A stretch of DNA of 64,000 nucleotides from an uncultured virus (IMG/VR IMGVR_UViG_3300019371_000141) (lineage: Duplodnaviria; Heunggongvirae; Uroviricota; Caudoviricetes), in the IMG/VR virus record IMGVR_UViG_3300019371_000141. One strand, written 5' to 3'. Below, piece after piece: positions 29,697-39,003 of this stretch. A program made the position numbers and the translations under genes. The notes beneath the pieces are model-generated. The model ran no database searches. It had not been told where the DNA came from and was given only the letters and a program-made list of their open reading frames with translations. Position 1 is the first letter of the stretch. Each line of letters begins with the position of its first letter.

Positions 29697-29930
29697 AAGT
29701 CCGAATAGCGCTATAAGGACGGCGGAATACATAAAGAGTCATTTTAACCGCGCTGGTATGAAAAACCATCTGTGCGAAGAATGACGAAGATGTATCCGGA
29801 CCGTTTGATTTCGTGCGCCTGTTTCAGGACTTAAGCTGTTATTCAGCTGTCGAATGCTTACGAGCCTGTGGACATCTTCACCGCAGGCTCTTTTTGTATC
29901 CCGACCGTCTACGCTCCCGGACGGAAAGGA
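29697..29930 (+). ncRNA. Putative structured leader RNA / attenuator of the early operon
   Basis: Nested stem 29697-29832; terminator GAGCCTGTGG/CCGCAGGCTC-TTTTT at 29862-29895; alternative pairing of 29717-29738 with 29888-29910. Confidence 0.55.
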
Positions 29931-29937
29931 CATGAAG

Positions 29938-30786
29938 ATGAAAAACATCAATATCAATGGAAATGTATGTATCAACGGAAATGTAACAGTAGAGGTAACA
30001 GATGCAAAGTCTGAGAGCGGCCTCAACATCACAGAAAACACAACACTCGGCGAGCTCATTAAGCTCCTGAATCCCGGAAATAAGCCGTATGAAACTCCCA
30101 CACCTAAGAAGCTCCGTGAGAATGCAGGTGATCCTGTAGCTCATTATCCCCTTCTGGAAGTTAAGTACTTCGGTTATGAAGATTCATCCTTCGCAGATGA
30201 CACTCCTGACACGGAGAAAGGATGCACGGTTTATTCCAACGGTTACGCGGTCTATGACAACGGCTCCGGCAGGACAGTTCTCTGGCTTCCTGACTGCACG
30301 AATTTTACATATGTGTTTAACAAGCCGAAGCCCTCGGAGGAGGGATCACTTCCGTATAAAGATACGCTTCCCGATGGAATGCTGGAATCCCTGAAATGGT
30401 TTACTGCGGTAATGCTCGTCGGTGACCACAGAGTAGATAACAACCTCATGAATCGTAAAGGCAGCCGCAAAGGAACAAGAGATTATGCCACTGACGATTA
30501 CGGCGATAAAAGCGGCGCGGCTGAGGATGCTGTAGATGCCGAATACAGAGATGCATTCTTCTGGCGTGAGGGCAGGTTCGGTGAGGACCCTCTTGAGGTA
30601 TTGATCAGAGAGGAGAGAAACAGAGAGATTCTTGATGCACTGACGGAAAAGCAGAGAGAGGTTTTCATCCTTTACTACAGAGAAGGTTATACACAGATGC
30701 AGATTGCGAAAATGCTGGGGGTGGATCAGACCTCAGTGCGTGACAGACTTGATGGTGCATTGAAAAAAATAAGAAAGATTTTCTGA
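29938..30786 (+). CDS. Sigma-70 region-4 (ECF-like) transcription factor
   Basis: C-terminal LDALTEKQREVFILYYREGYTQMQIAKMLGVDQTSVRDRLDGALKKI; AAGGA RBS (alternative start 29932). Confidence 0.8.
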   Translation: MKNININGNVCINGNVTVEVTDAKSESGLNITENTTLGELIKLLNPGNKPYETPTPKKLRENAGDPVAHYPLLEVKYFGYEDSSFADDTPDTEKGCTVYSNGYAVYDNGSGRTVLWLPDCTNFTYVFNKPKPSEEGSLPYKDTLPDGMLESLKWFTAVMLVGDHRVDNNLMNRKGSRKGTRDYATDDYGDKSGAAEDAVDAEYRDAFFWREGRFGEDPLEVLIREERNREILDALTEKQREVFILYYREGYTQMQIAKMLGVDQTSVRDRLDGALKKIRKIF

Positions 30787-30788
30787 CG

Positions 30789-30832
30789 TACCCCTAAAAA
30801 GACTTCTCCCGCGACAGTATATGAGAGGACTT
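30789..30832 (+). promoter_or_regulatory. 44-bp repeat copy 1, putative phage-specific promoter
   Basis: 38/44 identical to 41918-41961. Confidence 0.6.
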
Positions 30833-30974
30833 AATAATCACTCATCCGGCCTGTGCCAGAAATAATAATAAAAACGGCGCTGAGCCGGGGAGTGAATCTC
30901 TCTCTGACATAAGACAGACACCTGGGTCTGAAACAGAATAACAGGACTGCAGGCTGTTCCTGCAGAGAAAGGAA

Positions 30975-31421
30975 ATGAAAGACATGAACAATGAAAAAGT
31001 AGAGGTGAAAAAGCCTGAGAAGGTGTTCATCTGCTCGCCGTTTGCTCCAAGGGGTGAGACGAGAGAAGAAATGCAGATGGACTTGGACAGAAACATCCGT
31101 ATTGCGCAGAAAGCCTGCAGGTATGCGGCACTTGAAGGCAATGTGCCGTATGCTCCCCATCTGTTCTTTACCCAGTTTTTGAAGGACGTGGACAGGACAG
31201 AAAGAGAGTACGGACAGGTCATGGGGCTTGCATGGCTTAAACAGTGCTCGGAGCTTAGGATCATCGGCAGACGCATCAGTCCCGGCATGAAGAGGGAGAT
31301 TGAGAAAGCAAGGGAGTGGGGCATCCCGGTCAGAAACTATGTATTTAAACGCACCCCCGAGGAACGGCTTCTCGATGATCTGTTTTCCCCGGATATCGAT
31401 TTCATCGAGATGGATATGTAA
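30975..31421 (+). CDS. Phage protein, DUF4406/deoxyribosyltransferase-like fold
   Basis: VFICSPF...PYAPHLFFTQFL...ISPGMKREI..A..WGIPV. Confidence 0.7.
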   Translation: MKDMNNEKVEVKKPEKVFICSPFAPRGETREEMQMDLDRNIRIAQKACRYAALEGNVPYAPHLFFTQFLKDVDRTEREYGQVMGLAWLKQCSELRIIGRRISPGMKREIEKAREWGIPVRNYVFKRTPEERLLDDLFSPDIDFIEMDM

Positions 31422-31439
31422 AAAGGAGGAACATAAGTT

Positions 31440-31952
31440 ATGGCAAAGAAAGAAAAAGCAAGTGAACAGCTGAAACCCGTCAGCATTGAAACAGCAAAGC
31501 TTATACAGGGTATGAGCCTTGTATTTTCGGGAGCGGTAAAGATGCTTGAGGCAATCGAGCCTCATGTAAAGATCGATCCCGGATTTGCGCTGAATCTTAT
31601 CACCGGTAACATACCCGGTCTTGAGGAACTTGGCAGAGAGCTGATTAAGGAAGAAGCAGGAGAAGCCGATGCTGTGGACAAGCCTGCGGTAGAAACGGAG
31701 ACAGCAGAAACTCAGGTTGAACAGGACAAGACTGAAACGGCGGAAACATCAGAAAAAGCAGATAAGCCGGCAGCTGCCACATCTACAGTAACCCTCGATG
31801 ACATCACAAGAATTATCGTCCGCAAGATCAAGCAGAGCAAGGGCAATAACGAGAAGATAGGACAGATTTTAAAGACCTACGGAGTTGAAAAGGTAAGCAA
31901 TCTCAAGCCTGAACAGTATGAAGCTTTTGTTACCGATCTTGCGGCGATCTGA
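31440..31952 (+). CDS. Phage hypothetical replication-module protein
   Basis: AAGGAGG RBS; C-terminal VTLDDI...ILKTYGVEKVSNLKPEQY; sits before the DUF2800 gene. Confidence 0.7.
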   Translation: MAKKEKASEQLKPVSIETAKLIQGMSLVFSGAVKMLEAIEPHVKIDPGFALNLITGNIPGLEELGRELIKEEAGEADAVDKPAVETETAETQVEQDKTETAETSEKADKPAAATSTVTLDDITRIIVRKIKQSKGNNEKIGQILKTYGVEKVSNLKPEQYEAFVTDLAAI

Positions 31953-31966
31953 GAGGGGGTGATTTG

Positions 31967-33217
31967 ATGCCGGATGTACACGCGCTGCTGTCTGCTTCAA
32001 GCTCTAAACAGTGGCTTCACTGCCCGCCATCAGCAAGACTTCAGGAGGGCTTTCCGAATGAATCTTCCGTGTATGCCGCCGAGGGAACTTTCGCTCACGA
32101 GGTGTGCGAATACAAAGTGAAGAAATACCTGAAAGAAAGAGTGAAACGTCCCCATTCGGAGGAGTATTACACGGAGGAGATCGACCAGATCACCGACATC
32201 TATGCGGAGTTTGTCATAGGGGTTATCGAGGATATGAAAAGAAACGGCTGTGAACCGCTCGTCATGGTAGAGGAGAAGGTCGATTACAGCCACATTGCTC
32301 CTTCCGGTTTCGGTACGGCGGATATGCTGATTATCGGCAGAGATGAAAACGGTAAAGGACTTCTGCATATCGCAGATTTCAAGACCGGACAGGGCGTTTT
32401 TGTCGATGCAGATCATAACTCGCAAATGATGCTCTACGCACTCGGAGGCCTGGCCGCTTACGGCTATATTTACGAAATCGAGACTGTCCGTATGAGCATC
32501 ATCCAGCCGAGGCTTGACAACATCAGCACCTTTGAGTGTTCAAGACAGGAGCTGGAGGAATGGGGCGAGAGTATCCGGGAGATCGCAAAGCTCGCCTATG
32601 AAGGAAAGGGAGAGCAGACACCCGGAGAATGGTGCCGGTTCTGTCGTGCCAAGGCTGTATGCAAGGCATGTAAGGATGAAGCAATGTCATTATGCAGAGA
32701 GGAGTTCCTTGATCTGGACGAAGGAGCACTGAGTGAAACCATTCCCGGTGACGGGATAAGGGCATCTCCTGAAGAAAACACCATTCCTGTTTTCAAACAG
32801 CCCGGTCTTGTACCAATGGACGAGATAGTGCATATTCTGCCCACGCTGAACCGCATCAGTTCATGGATAGAGTCGGTGTTTGCATTTATAAGCTCCGAGG
32901 CTATAAACCACGCAGTTCCGATACCGGGCTACAAGGTGGTGGAAGGCAGGAGCAAAAGGGTGTTTACAGACACAAAGGCTGTGGTCGATACTGCGGTCGC
33001 CAATGGGTATACCGATCTGTACAAGCAGCAGCTGATTACTCTTACCGAGTTTGAAAAGATGATGGGTAAAAAGAAGTTCAATGAGCTTCTGGGGGCGTAT
33101 GTAACAAAGCCGCCCGGAAAGCTGGCGCTGGTTCCGGAGGACGATCCGAGAGAACCTGTGGACCTTAATAACGCACCGCATCAGGAGTTTACAGCCCTTC
33201 CTGATAACGGCGAATAA
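31967..33217 (+). CDS. DUF2800 PD-(D/E)XK (Cas4-like) nuclease
   Basis: HALLSASSS..WLHCPPS, GFGTAD, DFKTG, QMMLYALG, WCRFC. Confidence 0.85.
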   Translation: MPDVHALLSASSSKQWLHCPPSARLQEGFPNESSVYAAEGTFAHEVCEYKVKKYLKERVKRPHSEEYYTEEIDQITDIYAEFVIGVIEDMKRNGCEPLVMVEEKVDYSHIAPSGFGTADMLIIGRDENGKGLLHIADFKTGQGVFVDADHNSQMMLYALGGLAAYGYIYEIETVRMSIIQPRLDNISTFECSRQELEEWGESIREIAKLAYEGKGEQTPGEWCRFCRAKAVCKACKDEAMSLCREEFLDLDEGALSETIPGDGIRASPEENTIPVFKQPGLVPMDEIVHILPTLNRISSWIESVFAFISSEAINHAVPIPGYKVVEGRSKRVFTDTKAVVDTAVANGYTDLYKQQLITLTEFEKMMGKKKFNELLGAYVTKPPGKLALVPEDDPREPVDLNNAPHQEFTALPDNGE

Positions 33218-33266
33218 AGCAGGGCTGAACAACAAATACTAATACATTTTCTGGAGGTAAAAAATT

Positions 33267-33863
33267 ATGGCTAATAATCAGAATAACAATCAGGCAACCA
33301 AGGTGATCATTCCCTGTCGCATCAGCTTCGCAAACATCTGGGAGCCGAAGAGTATCAACGGATCTGAGGAAAAATACAGTGTTTCCTGCATCATTCCGAA
33401 GAGTGATAAGAAGACTCTCGAAAGGATCCACAAGGCTGTCGAGGCTGCAAAGCAGATCGGTATCAGTAAGAAATGGGGCGGAAAGATTCCTGCAAATCTC
33501 AAGCTCCCTCTTCGTGACGGAGACATCGACAGACCCGATGATGAGGCATATGCAGATGCTATGTTCGTAAATGCCAACAGCAAGGACGCTCCCCAGATCG
33601 TTGACCGCAAGGTGCAGCCTATCATTGATCCCATGGAGTGCGGCTCCGGCGATTACTGCAATGTAAGCGTTAACTTCTATGCATATAACGCCAACGGCAA
33701 CAGAGGTGTGGCTGCATCCCTCGGAAATCTGCAGAAAATCAAGGACGGAGAGCGTCTTGCAGGAAGAACATCTGCTTCATCCGATTTTACCGAGGTTGAG
33801 AGCGACGGGGATGGTGAGAGTATCTTCAGCGAGGATGATATTCCCGATTATCTGAAGGATTAA
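33267..33863 (+). CDS. DUF2815 single-stranded DNA-binding protein
   Basis: RISFANIWEPKS, KYSVS, PLRDGD, GNRGVA..LGN.QK..DGERL; acidic tail. Confidence 0.85.
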   Translation: MANNQNNNQATKVIIPCRISFANIWEPKSINGSEEKYSVSCIIPKSDKKTLERIHKAVEAAKQIGISKKWGGKIPANLKLPLRDGDIDRPDDEAYADAMFVNANSKDAPQIVDRKVQPIIDPMECGSGDYCNVSVNFYAYNANGNRGVAASLGNLQKIKDGERLAGRTSASSDFTEVESDGDGESIFSEDDIPDYLKD

Positions 33864-33891
33864 AAGCAGTTATTTTATCCTGACAGAGGCT

Positions 33892-33981
33892 TTGTAACAT
33901 GACGCAGGCGGGAGGGTAACTCCTCCTGTCTGCATCTTACAAGAGCTGCTGAAGAACGGTATGTGTATTTCTTCAGCAGCT
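33892..33981 (+). other. Tandem hairpins between ssb and the polymerase gene
   Basis: Stem 33892-33942, and a perfect 13-bp stem AGCTGCTGAAGAA/TTCTTCAGCAGCT at 33944-33981. Confidence 0.6.
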
Positions 33982-34055
33982 GTTATAAGGTGCAGACTTG
34001 AATCAGCCGGCACTGATAATAATGCCGTCATATATGGCGGAAAGGAGATGATTTT

Positions 34056-36020
34056 TTGGCGGAGAAAAGAATAGTATTGAGCATCGACCTCGAAACATAC
34101 AGCGATATCGACCTTGCCAAATGCGGCGTTTACCGCTATGTCGAGGGTGATTTTCACATTCTGCTTTTTGCTTACGCTTTTGATGATGAAGAGACACAGG
34201 TCATTGATCTTGCCTGTGGTGAGGAACTCCCGGAAGAAGTTGTTAATGCGATCCATGATCCGGATATCATAAAGGCCGCTTGGAATGCACAGTTCGAGCG
34301 TACATGTTTATCAAAGTATTTTAATACTCAGCTTTCTCCGGATTCATGGCAGTGCTCAATGGTATGGGCGGCGAGTTTGTCTTTGCCGCTGAAGCTGAAA
34401 ACGGCAGCGGAAGTCCTTAAAACAGGTGAACAGAAGGATGACGCCGGTGAGCGGCTTATAAAGTATTTCTCGGTTCCATGCAAGCCGACAAAAGCCAATG
34501 GGGGCAGGACGAGAAATCTTCCGGAGCATGCCCCGGAGGACTGGGCGAAGTTTAAGGAATACTGCCGGCAGGACGTAAAGACAGAGAGGGATATCAGGAG
34601 AAGACTTGAGAAGTTTCCTTTGAAAGCTTCAGAATGGGATCATTATCACATGGATCAGCGTATCAACGACCGCGGTGTAATGATTGACAGAGACCTCGTC
34701 ACACAGGCAATCACCTGTGACCTGATGCTGTCAGAGGAGATGACAAAGAGAGCATATGAGCTGACTGGACTTGAAAATCCGAACTCAGTATCGCAGCTTA
34801 AGTCCTGGCTTGAGGAGCGCGGCATTGAGGTAAGTACGCTTGGGAAAAAGGATGTGGCGGCGATGATCACAGACCTTGATAAGCACAGTGTTGACGGTGA
34901 AGCCCTGGAGATGATGAAACTGAGGCTTCAGATGGCAAAGAGTTCTGTTAAGAAATATCAGGCGGCGGACAGGTATATCTGTTCTGACGGCAGAGCACAC
35001 GGTCTGTTCCAGTTTTCAGGAGCCAACAGGACACAGCGCTGGGCTGGCAGAGGCATACAGCTGCAGAACCTGCCGCAGAACCATATATCAACACTCGATG
35101 AAGCAAGAGAACTCGTTAAGCTCGGTGCTTTCGATATGGTCGAGAGTATCTACGGAAATACACCGGACATCCTTTCACAGCTGATAAGAACCATGTTAGT
35201 GCCGAAGGAAGGCTGTGAGTTTATCATAGCAGACTTCAGCGCCATCGAAGCCCGTGTTCTTGCATGGCTTGCCGGGGAGCAGTGGCGTATCGATGCATTT
35301 AATAACGGCGAGGATATCTACTGCGCATCTGCTTCACAGATGTTCGGAGTGCCGGTTGTAAAGCATGGGGTGAATGGAGAACTCAGGCAGAAGGGCAAGG
35401 TTGCCGAACTCGCCTGTGGTTACGGCGGAGCGGCGGGAGCACTGATTTCCATGGGTGCTCTTGATATGGGACTTAAAGAGTCGGAACTTCCGGATCTTAT
35501 CGATGACTGGAGAAACTCCAATCCTCATATTACACAGTTCTGGTGGGATGTTGAAAAGGCGGCGGTGGATACCATAAAGAATCATAAGGATAGAAGCGTC
35601 GGTAAGGTCGGCTTCAGCTTTTCTGCAAATACATTGTGGATCACAATACCATCCGGCCGCAGGCTCGCGTATATAAAGCCGAAGCTCCAGCCTAACCGCT
35701 TCGGACGCATGGCGGTCACATTCGAGGGGCTTAATGCCAGCAACAAATGGGTGCGGGGCGAGACCTACAGCGGAAAACTGGTGGAGAACATTACGCAGGC
35801 AACGGCGAGAGATCTGCTGGCGGAGGCTATGAGAAGAATGGAACTTGCCGGACTTGAGATAGTGGCACACGTCCATGATGAGGTAATAATCGAGGCTCCG
35901 GTCGGTAAAACAACTGTTGCAGAGGTCTGCGGCATCATGAACAAAAATCCTGTGTGGGCAGAGGGACTGCCTTTGTCATCGGCAGGATATATCGGAGAGA
36001 AGTTCTACTTTAAGGATTAA
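34056..36020 (+). CDS. Phage family A DNA polymerase
   Basis: Exonuclease motifs SIDLETYS and AWNAQFE; polymerase motifs QLQNLP, ADFSAIEARVLAWL, RQKGKVAELACGYG, HVHDEV. Confidence 0.92.
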   Translation: MAEKRIVLSIDLETYSDIDLAKCGVYRYVEGDFHILLFAYAFDDEETQVIDLACGEELPEEVVNAIHDPDIIKAAWNAQFERTCLSKYFNTQLSPDSWQCSMVWAASLSLPLKLKTAAEVLKTGEQKDDAGERLIKYFSVPCKPTKANGGRTRNLPEHAPEDWAKFKEYCRQDVKTERDIRRRLEKFPLKASEWDHYHMDQRINDRGVMIDRDLVTQAITCDLMLSEEMTKRAYELTGLENPNSVSQLKSWLEERGIEVSTLGKKDVAAMITDLDKHSVDGEALEMMKLRLQMAKSSVKKYQAADRYICSDGRAHGLFQFSGANRTQRWAGRGIQLQNLPQNHISTLDEARELVKLGAFDMVESIYGNTPDILSQLIRTMLVPKEGCEFIIADFSAIEARVLAWLAGEQWRIDAFNNGEDIYCASASQMFGVPVVKHGVNGELRQKGKVAELACGYGGAAGALISMGALDMGLKESELPDLIDDWRNSNPHITQFWWDVEKAAVDTIKNHKDRSVGKVGFSFSANTLWITIPSGRRLAYIKPKLQPNRFGRMAVTFEGLNASNKWVRGETYSGKLVENITQATARDLLAEAMRRMELAGLEIVAHVHDEVIIEAPVGKTTVAEVCGIMNKNPVWAEGLPLSSAGYIGEKFYFKD

Positions 36021-36058
36021 ACGATGAATTAAAAGAATACAGCGGAAGGAGGAGAAAA

Positions 36059-36472
36059 ATGAGTGGAAAACCACCGGGCCATATCTTAGCCAGACAACCC
36101 TGGAACACAGGAACTTCGTCAGGCAGCGATCCTTATACGGAGCTTGCAGTGGCAGTCGTTTTACAGGCAGTGGAGGATTATATCAAAGTGCTGAAAAAGC
36201 TCTTGAAAGGAAATCTGTGTGCTGATGAGGAAACGGACTGTGAGATCAAAAAACAACAGATTGAGCGTTTCTTTCGCTCACCGGATTATGAGTTTTATAT
36301 AGCTTTTATGAATACAGAGATAGAGCCGGAGACTCTCATTTATCACTGCTGCTTAAGAGCAAAGGAACAGTTCAAGGAAGAACGGAAAAATGAAAAGGAG
36401 AAGATATGTAAACAGGCTGAAAAAAGCCGGGAATACCATAATGAAGGAGGAGATAATGATGAGTTGCGATAA
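36059..36472 (+). CDS. Phage hypothetical protein
   Basis: GGAGG RBS; ELAVAVVLQAVEDY...IERFFRS. Confidence 0.65.
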   Translation: MSGKPPGHILARQPWNTGTSSGSDPYTELAVAVVLQAVEDYIKVLKKLLKGNLCADEETDCEIKKQQIERFFRSPDYEFYIAFMNTEIEPETLIYHCCLRAKEQFKEERKNEKEKICKQAEKSREYHNEGGDNDELR

Positions 36473-36680
36473 CTGTTCCGGCGGATACCGCGAGGATGAG
36501 GAACTGTATGTTTATGACCAGTGCTGTGAAAACTGCAGATACTACTGCGACTGGGAAGATGAAAGACAAAAGGGCTACCGGTACTATGCAAGAGACGATT
36601 ACGAGCGTATGCCTGAAACACACTGGTGCTACCAGTGGCGCGGGAAAAAGGGCAGACACGGAAGGTACGGTGATAGCTGA
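36456..36680 (+). CDS. Small Cys/Tyr-rich protein
   Basis: GGAGG RBS; CDNC and CENC motifs; TGATG coupling to the next gene. Confidence 0.55.
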   Translation: MMSCDNCSGGYREDEELYVYDQCCENCRYYCDWEDERQKGYRYYARDDYERMPETHWCYQWRGKKGRHGRYGDS

Positions 36681-37141
36681 TGAGGGAATATGTAGTAGAA
36701 AACGAATTCGTAAAAGCGGTCCGCAATGCAGGAGGTGTGGCGTACAAGCTCACATCCCAGACAGCCAATGGTCTGCCGGATCGCCTTGTCCTGTTCTTCC
36801 CCGCAAAAACTGTATTTGTGGAGCTGAAAGCACCCGGCAAGCAGTTGAGGCCGTTGCAGAGGAAAAGAAGATATCAGCTGATGAAGCTTGGATTTCCTGT
36901 TATCTGTATAGACAGGTTTTCTCAGATAAAACCTGCAATTGAAGCTGTCAAGGCATGGATTCCAGGCACATCGTTCCCTGAGAATATCGGTGCGAAGATA
37001 CCGGAACTGGATATCACAGCTCTGCCCCGTGATCAGGGCGAGCTGGACAATATGGATGATTATGGAGATACATTTGAGCCCGAAGACCCGTCAGTTTTGG
37101 CGGGCTTTTTTGATCTGGATAAAGGAGGTGTCGGCGATTGA
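36680..37141 (+). CDS. VRR-NUC domain nuclease
   Basis: GGVAYKL..GLPDRLV..FVELKAPG..LRPLQ. Confidence 0.9.
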   Translation: MREYVVENEFVKAVRNAGGVAYKLTSQTANGLPDRLVLFFPAKTVFVELKAPGKQLRPLQRKRRYQLMKLGFPVICIDRFSQIKPAIEAVKAWIPGTSFPENIGAKIPELDITALPRDQGELDNMDDYGDTFEPEDPSVLAGFFDLDKGGVGD

Positions 37142-38508
37142 GGTTTAATCCACACGATTATCAATCGTTCTGTATTGAATATATCAAAACACATCCCGTT
37201 GCAGCCCTTCTCCTGGACATGGGCCTGGGAAAGACTGTGATCACACTGACTGCTTTAAATAATCTTATATTCGATGACCTTCTTGTTTCCAAAGTTCTGG
37301 TCATTGCACCGCTTCGGGTATCCCGCGATACCTGGCCTGCAGAGGTGAAAAAGTGGGATCATCTGAAAGACCTGGATATTTCCGTTATCGTCGGCGACCT
37401 AAGGACAAGAAAGGCGGCAGTAAGTGCTTCGGCACAGGTTTATGTCATCAACCGGGAGAATATCAAATGGCTGGTGGAATATTACGAGAAAAACGGACTC
37501 AGATGGGATTTTGACTGTGTTGTTATCGACGAACTGAGTTCATTCAAGAACTACCAGTCGCAGCGTTTCAAGTGGCTGAGGAAGGTCAGACCTTTCGTAC
37601 ATAGGTGGATAGGCCTCACAGGAACTCCTACCTCCAACGGCCTCATGGACTTGTGGGCGGAGATCGGTATTCTTGACGGCGGCGAGAGACTTGGCAGGTT
37701 TATCGGACGTTTCCGTGAAAGTTATTTTAAGCCCGGTTCCATGAATCCGAGTACAGGTGTTGTGTTCTCATACATTCCCCGCCCCGGAGCGGAAGAGCAG
37801 ATATATGACAGGATCTCTGATATTACCATATCCATGAAGGCACTTGACTACTTACAGCTTCCAGATTGTATCTATGTAAATCATGAGGTGGAGATGAATG
37901 ACCAGGAGCGAAGGCTTTATGATCAGCTGAAGCGTGACCTCATAATTCCAACTGATGACGGTGACATTGATGCTGCGAATGCGGCATCGCTTTCCAACAA
38001 ACTGCTTCAAATGGCTAACGGTGCTGTATATGACGAGAATAAGACACCACGCTTTATACACAATCGGAAACTTGAAATGCTTGAAGACCTGATAGAGTCT
38101 GCCAATGGACAGCCGGTCTTAATAGCATACTGGTTTAAGCATGACAGAACAAGGATCATGGAGTATCTGACTGCAGCGGGATATGCGGTGCGAGATATCA
38201 GATCGTCCGCGGATATCAATGATTGGAACAGCGGATCTATACCTGTCGCTTTAATACATCCGGCATCTGCAGGACATGGCCTTAATATCCAGGATGGCGG
38301 TCATATTCTCATTTGGTTCGGTCTGACCTGGAGTCTTGAATTATATCAGCAGACAAATGCCAGACTGTGGAGACAGGGACAGAAGGAAACGGTAACGATC
38401 CATCATATCGTTACGAAAAATACAGTTGATGAAGATGTGCTGGCGGCTCTTGCATCCAAGGATGTAACGCAGGAAAAGCTGATAGCCGCAGTGAAGGCAC
38501 AATTATAA
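37138..38508 (+). CDS. SNF2-family helicase
   Basis: LDMGLGKT, VIDELS, LTGTP, AGHGLNIQ, QTNARLWRQGQ. Confidence 0.92.
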   Translation: MRFNPHDYQSFCIEYIKTHPVAALLLDMGLGKTVITLTALNNLIFDDLLVSKVLVIAPLRVSRDTWPAEVKKWDHLKDLDISVIVGDLRTRKAAVSASAQVYVINRENIKWLVEYYEKNGLRWDFDCVVIDELSSFKNYQSQRFKWLRKVRPFVHRWIGLTGTPTSNGLMDLWAEIGILDGGERLGRFIGRFRESYFKPGSMNPSTGVVFSYIPRPGAEEQIYDRISDITISMKALDYLQLPDCIYVNHEVEMNDQERRLYDQLKRDLIIPTDDGDIDAANAASLSNKLLQMANGAVYDENKTPRFIHNRKLEMLEDLIESANGQPVLIAYWFKHDRTRIMEYLTAAGYAVRDIRSSADINDWNSGSIPVALIHPASAGHGLNIQDGGHILIWFGLTWSLELYQQTNARLWRQGQKETVTIHHIVTKNTVDEDVLAALASKDVTQEKLIAAVKAQL

Positions 38509-38526
38509 GAAACGGAGGAATAGAAA

Positions 38527-39003
38527 TTGGGAAGGAAAAACAATAGAAAGAGACTGCCTGCAATTCGGCATCGCACAAATCCTGTACGCCGGGGAGATGT
38601 TTTCTTTGCAGATCTCGGTTATCACAAAGGTACCAGCGTTCAGTCCGGATGCAGACCTGTGCTTGTTATTTCCAATGACAGAGGAAATTATCACTCGGAT
38701 ACGATAAATGTCATTCCGATGACCGGGTGTTTCAAGAGACCTGATCTGCCATGTCATACAGTGCTTTATCCTGCTCAGATAAAAAACAGGCACCGTCCGT
38801 TCAGTACTGCTACTGTTTTATCCGAGCAGATAACGACAATTTCAAAATCAGCTTTAAGAGGCTATGTCGGAAGGATAGAAGATCAGAATGTGCTGAGTGA
38901 TATAGAACACACTCTTTTATTTCATCTCGGGTTATGCAGGGGTAATGATAACCTGCTGACAGCTGATGAACACTACAATAACATGGAGGTAAACTATGTC
39001 TGA
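38527..39003 (+). CDS. PemK/MazF-family toxin-like protein
   Basis: RRGDVFFADLG...VQSGCRPVLVISND.GN...VIPMT...EQITTISK. Confidence 0.8.
   Translation: MGRKNNRKRLPAIRHRTNPVRRGDVFFADLGYHKGTSVQSGCRPVLVISNDRGNYHSDTINVIPMTGCFKRPDLPCHTVLYPAQIKNRHRPFSTATVLSEQITTISKSALRGYVGRIEDQNVLSDIEHTLLFHLGLCRGNDNLLTADEHYNNMEVNYV

Noticed and set aside
29854..29931. N-terminal extension of the sigma ORF given in the track
   Set aside because: It spans the terminator hairpin; the RBS supports a start at 29932 or 29938.
31967..33217. Cas4-like nuclease as a sign of CRISPR-Cas
   Set aside because: It is the DUF2800 gene in its usual phage replication context; no cas1/cas2 or repeat-spacer array is visible in the window.
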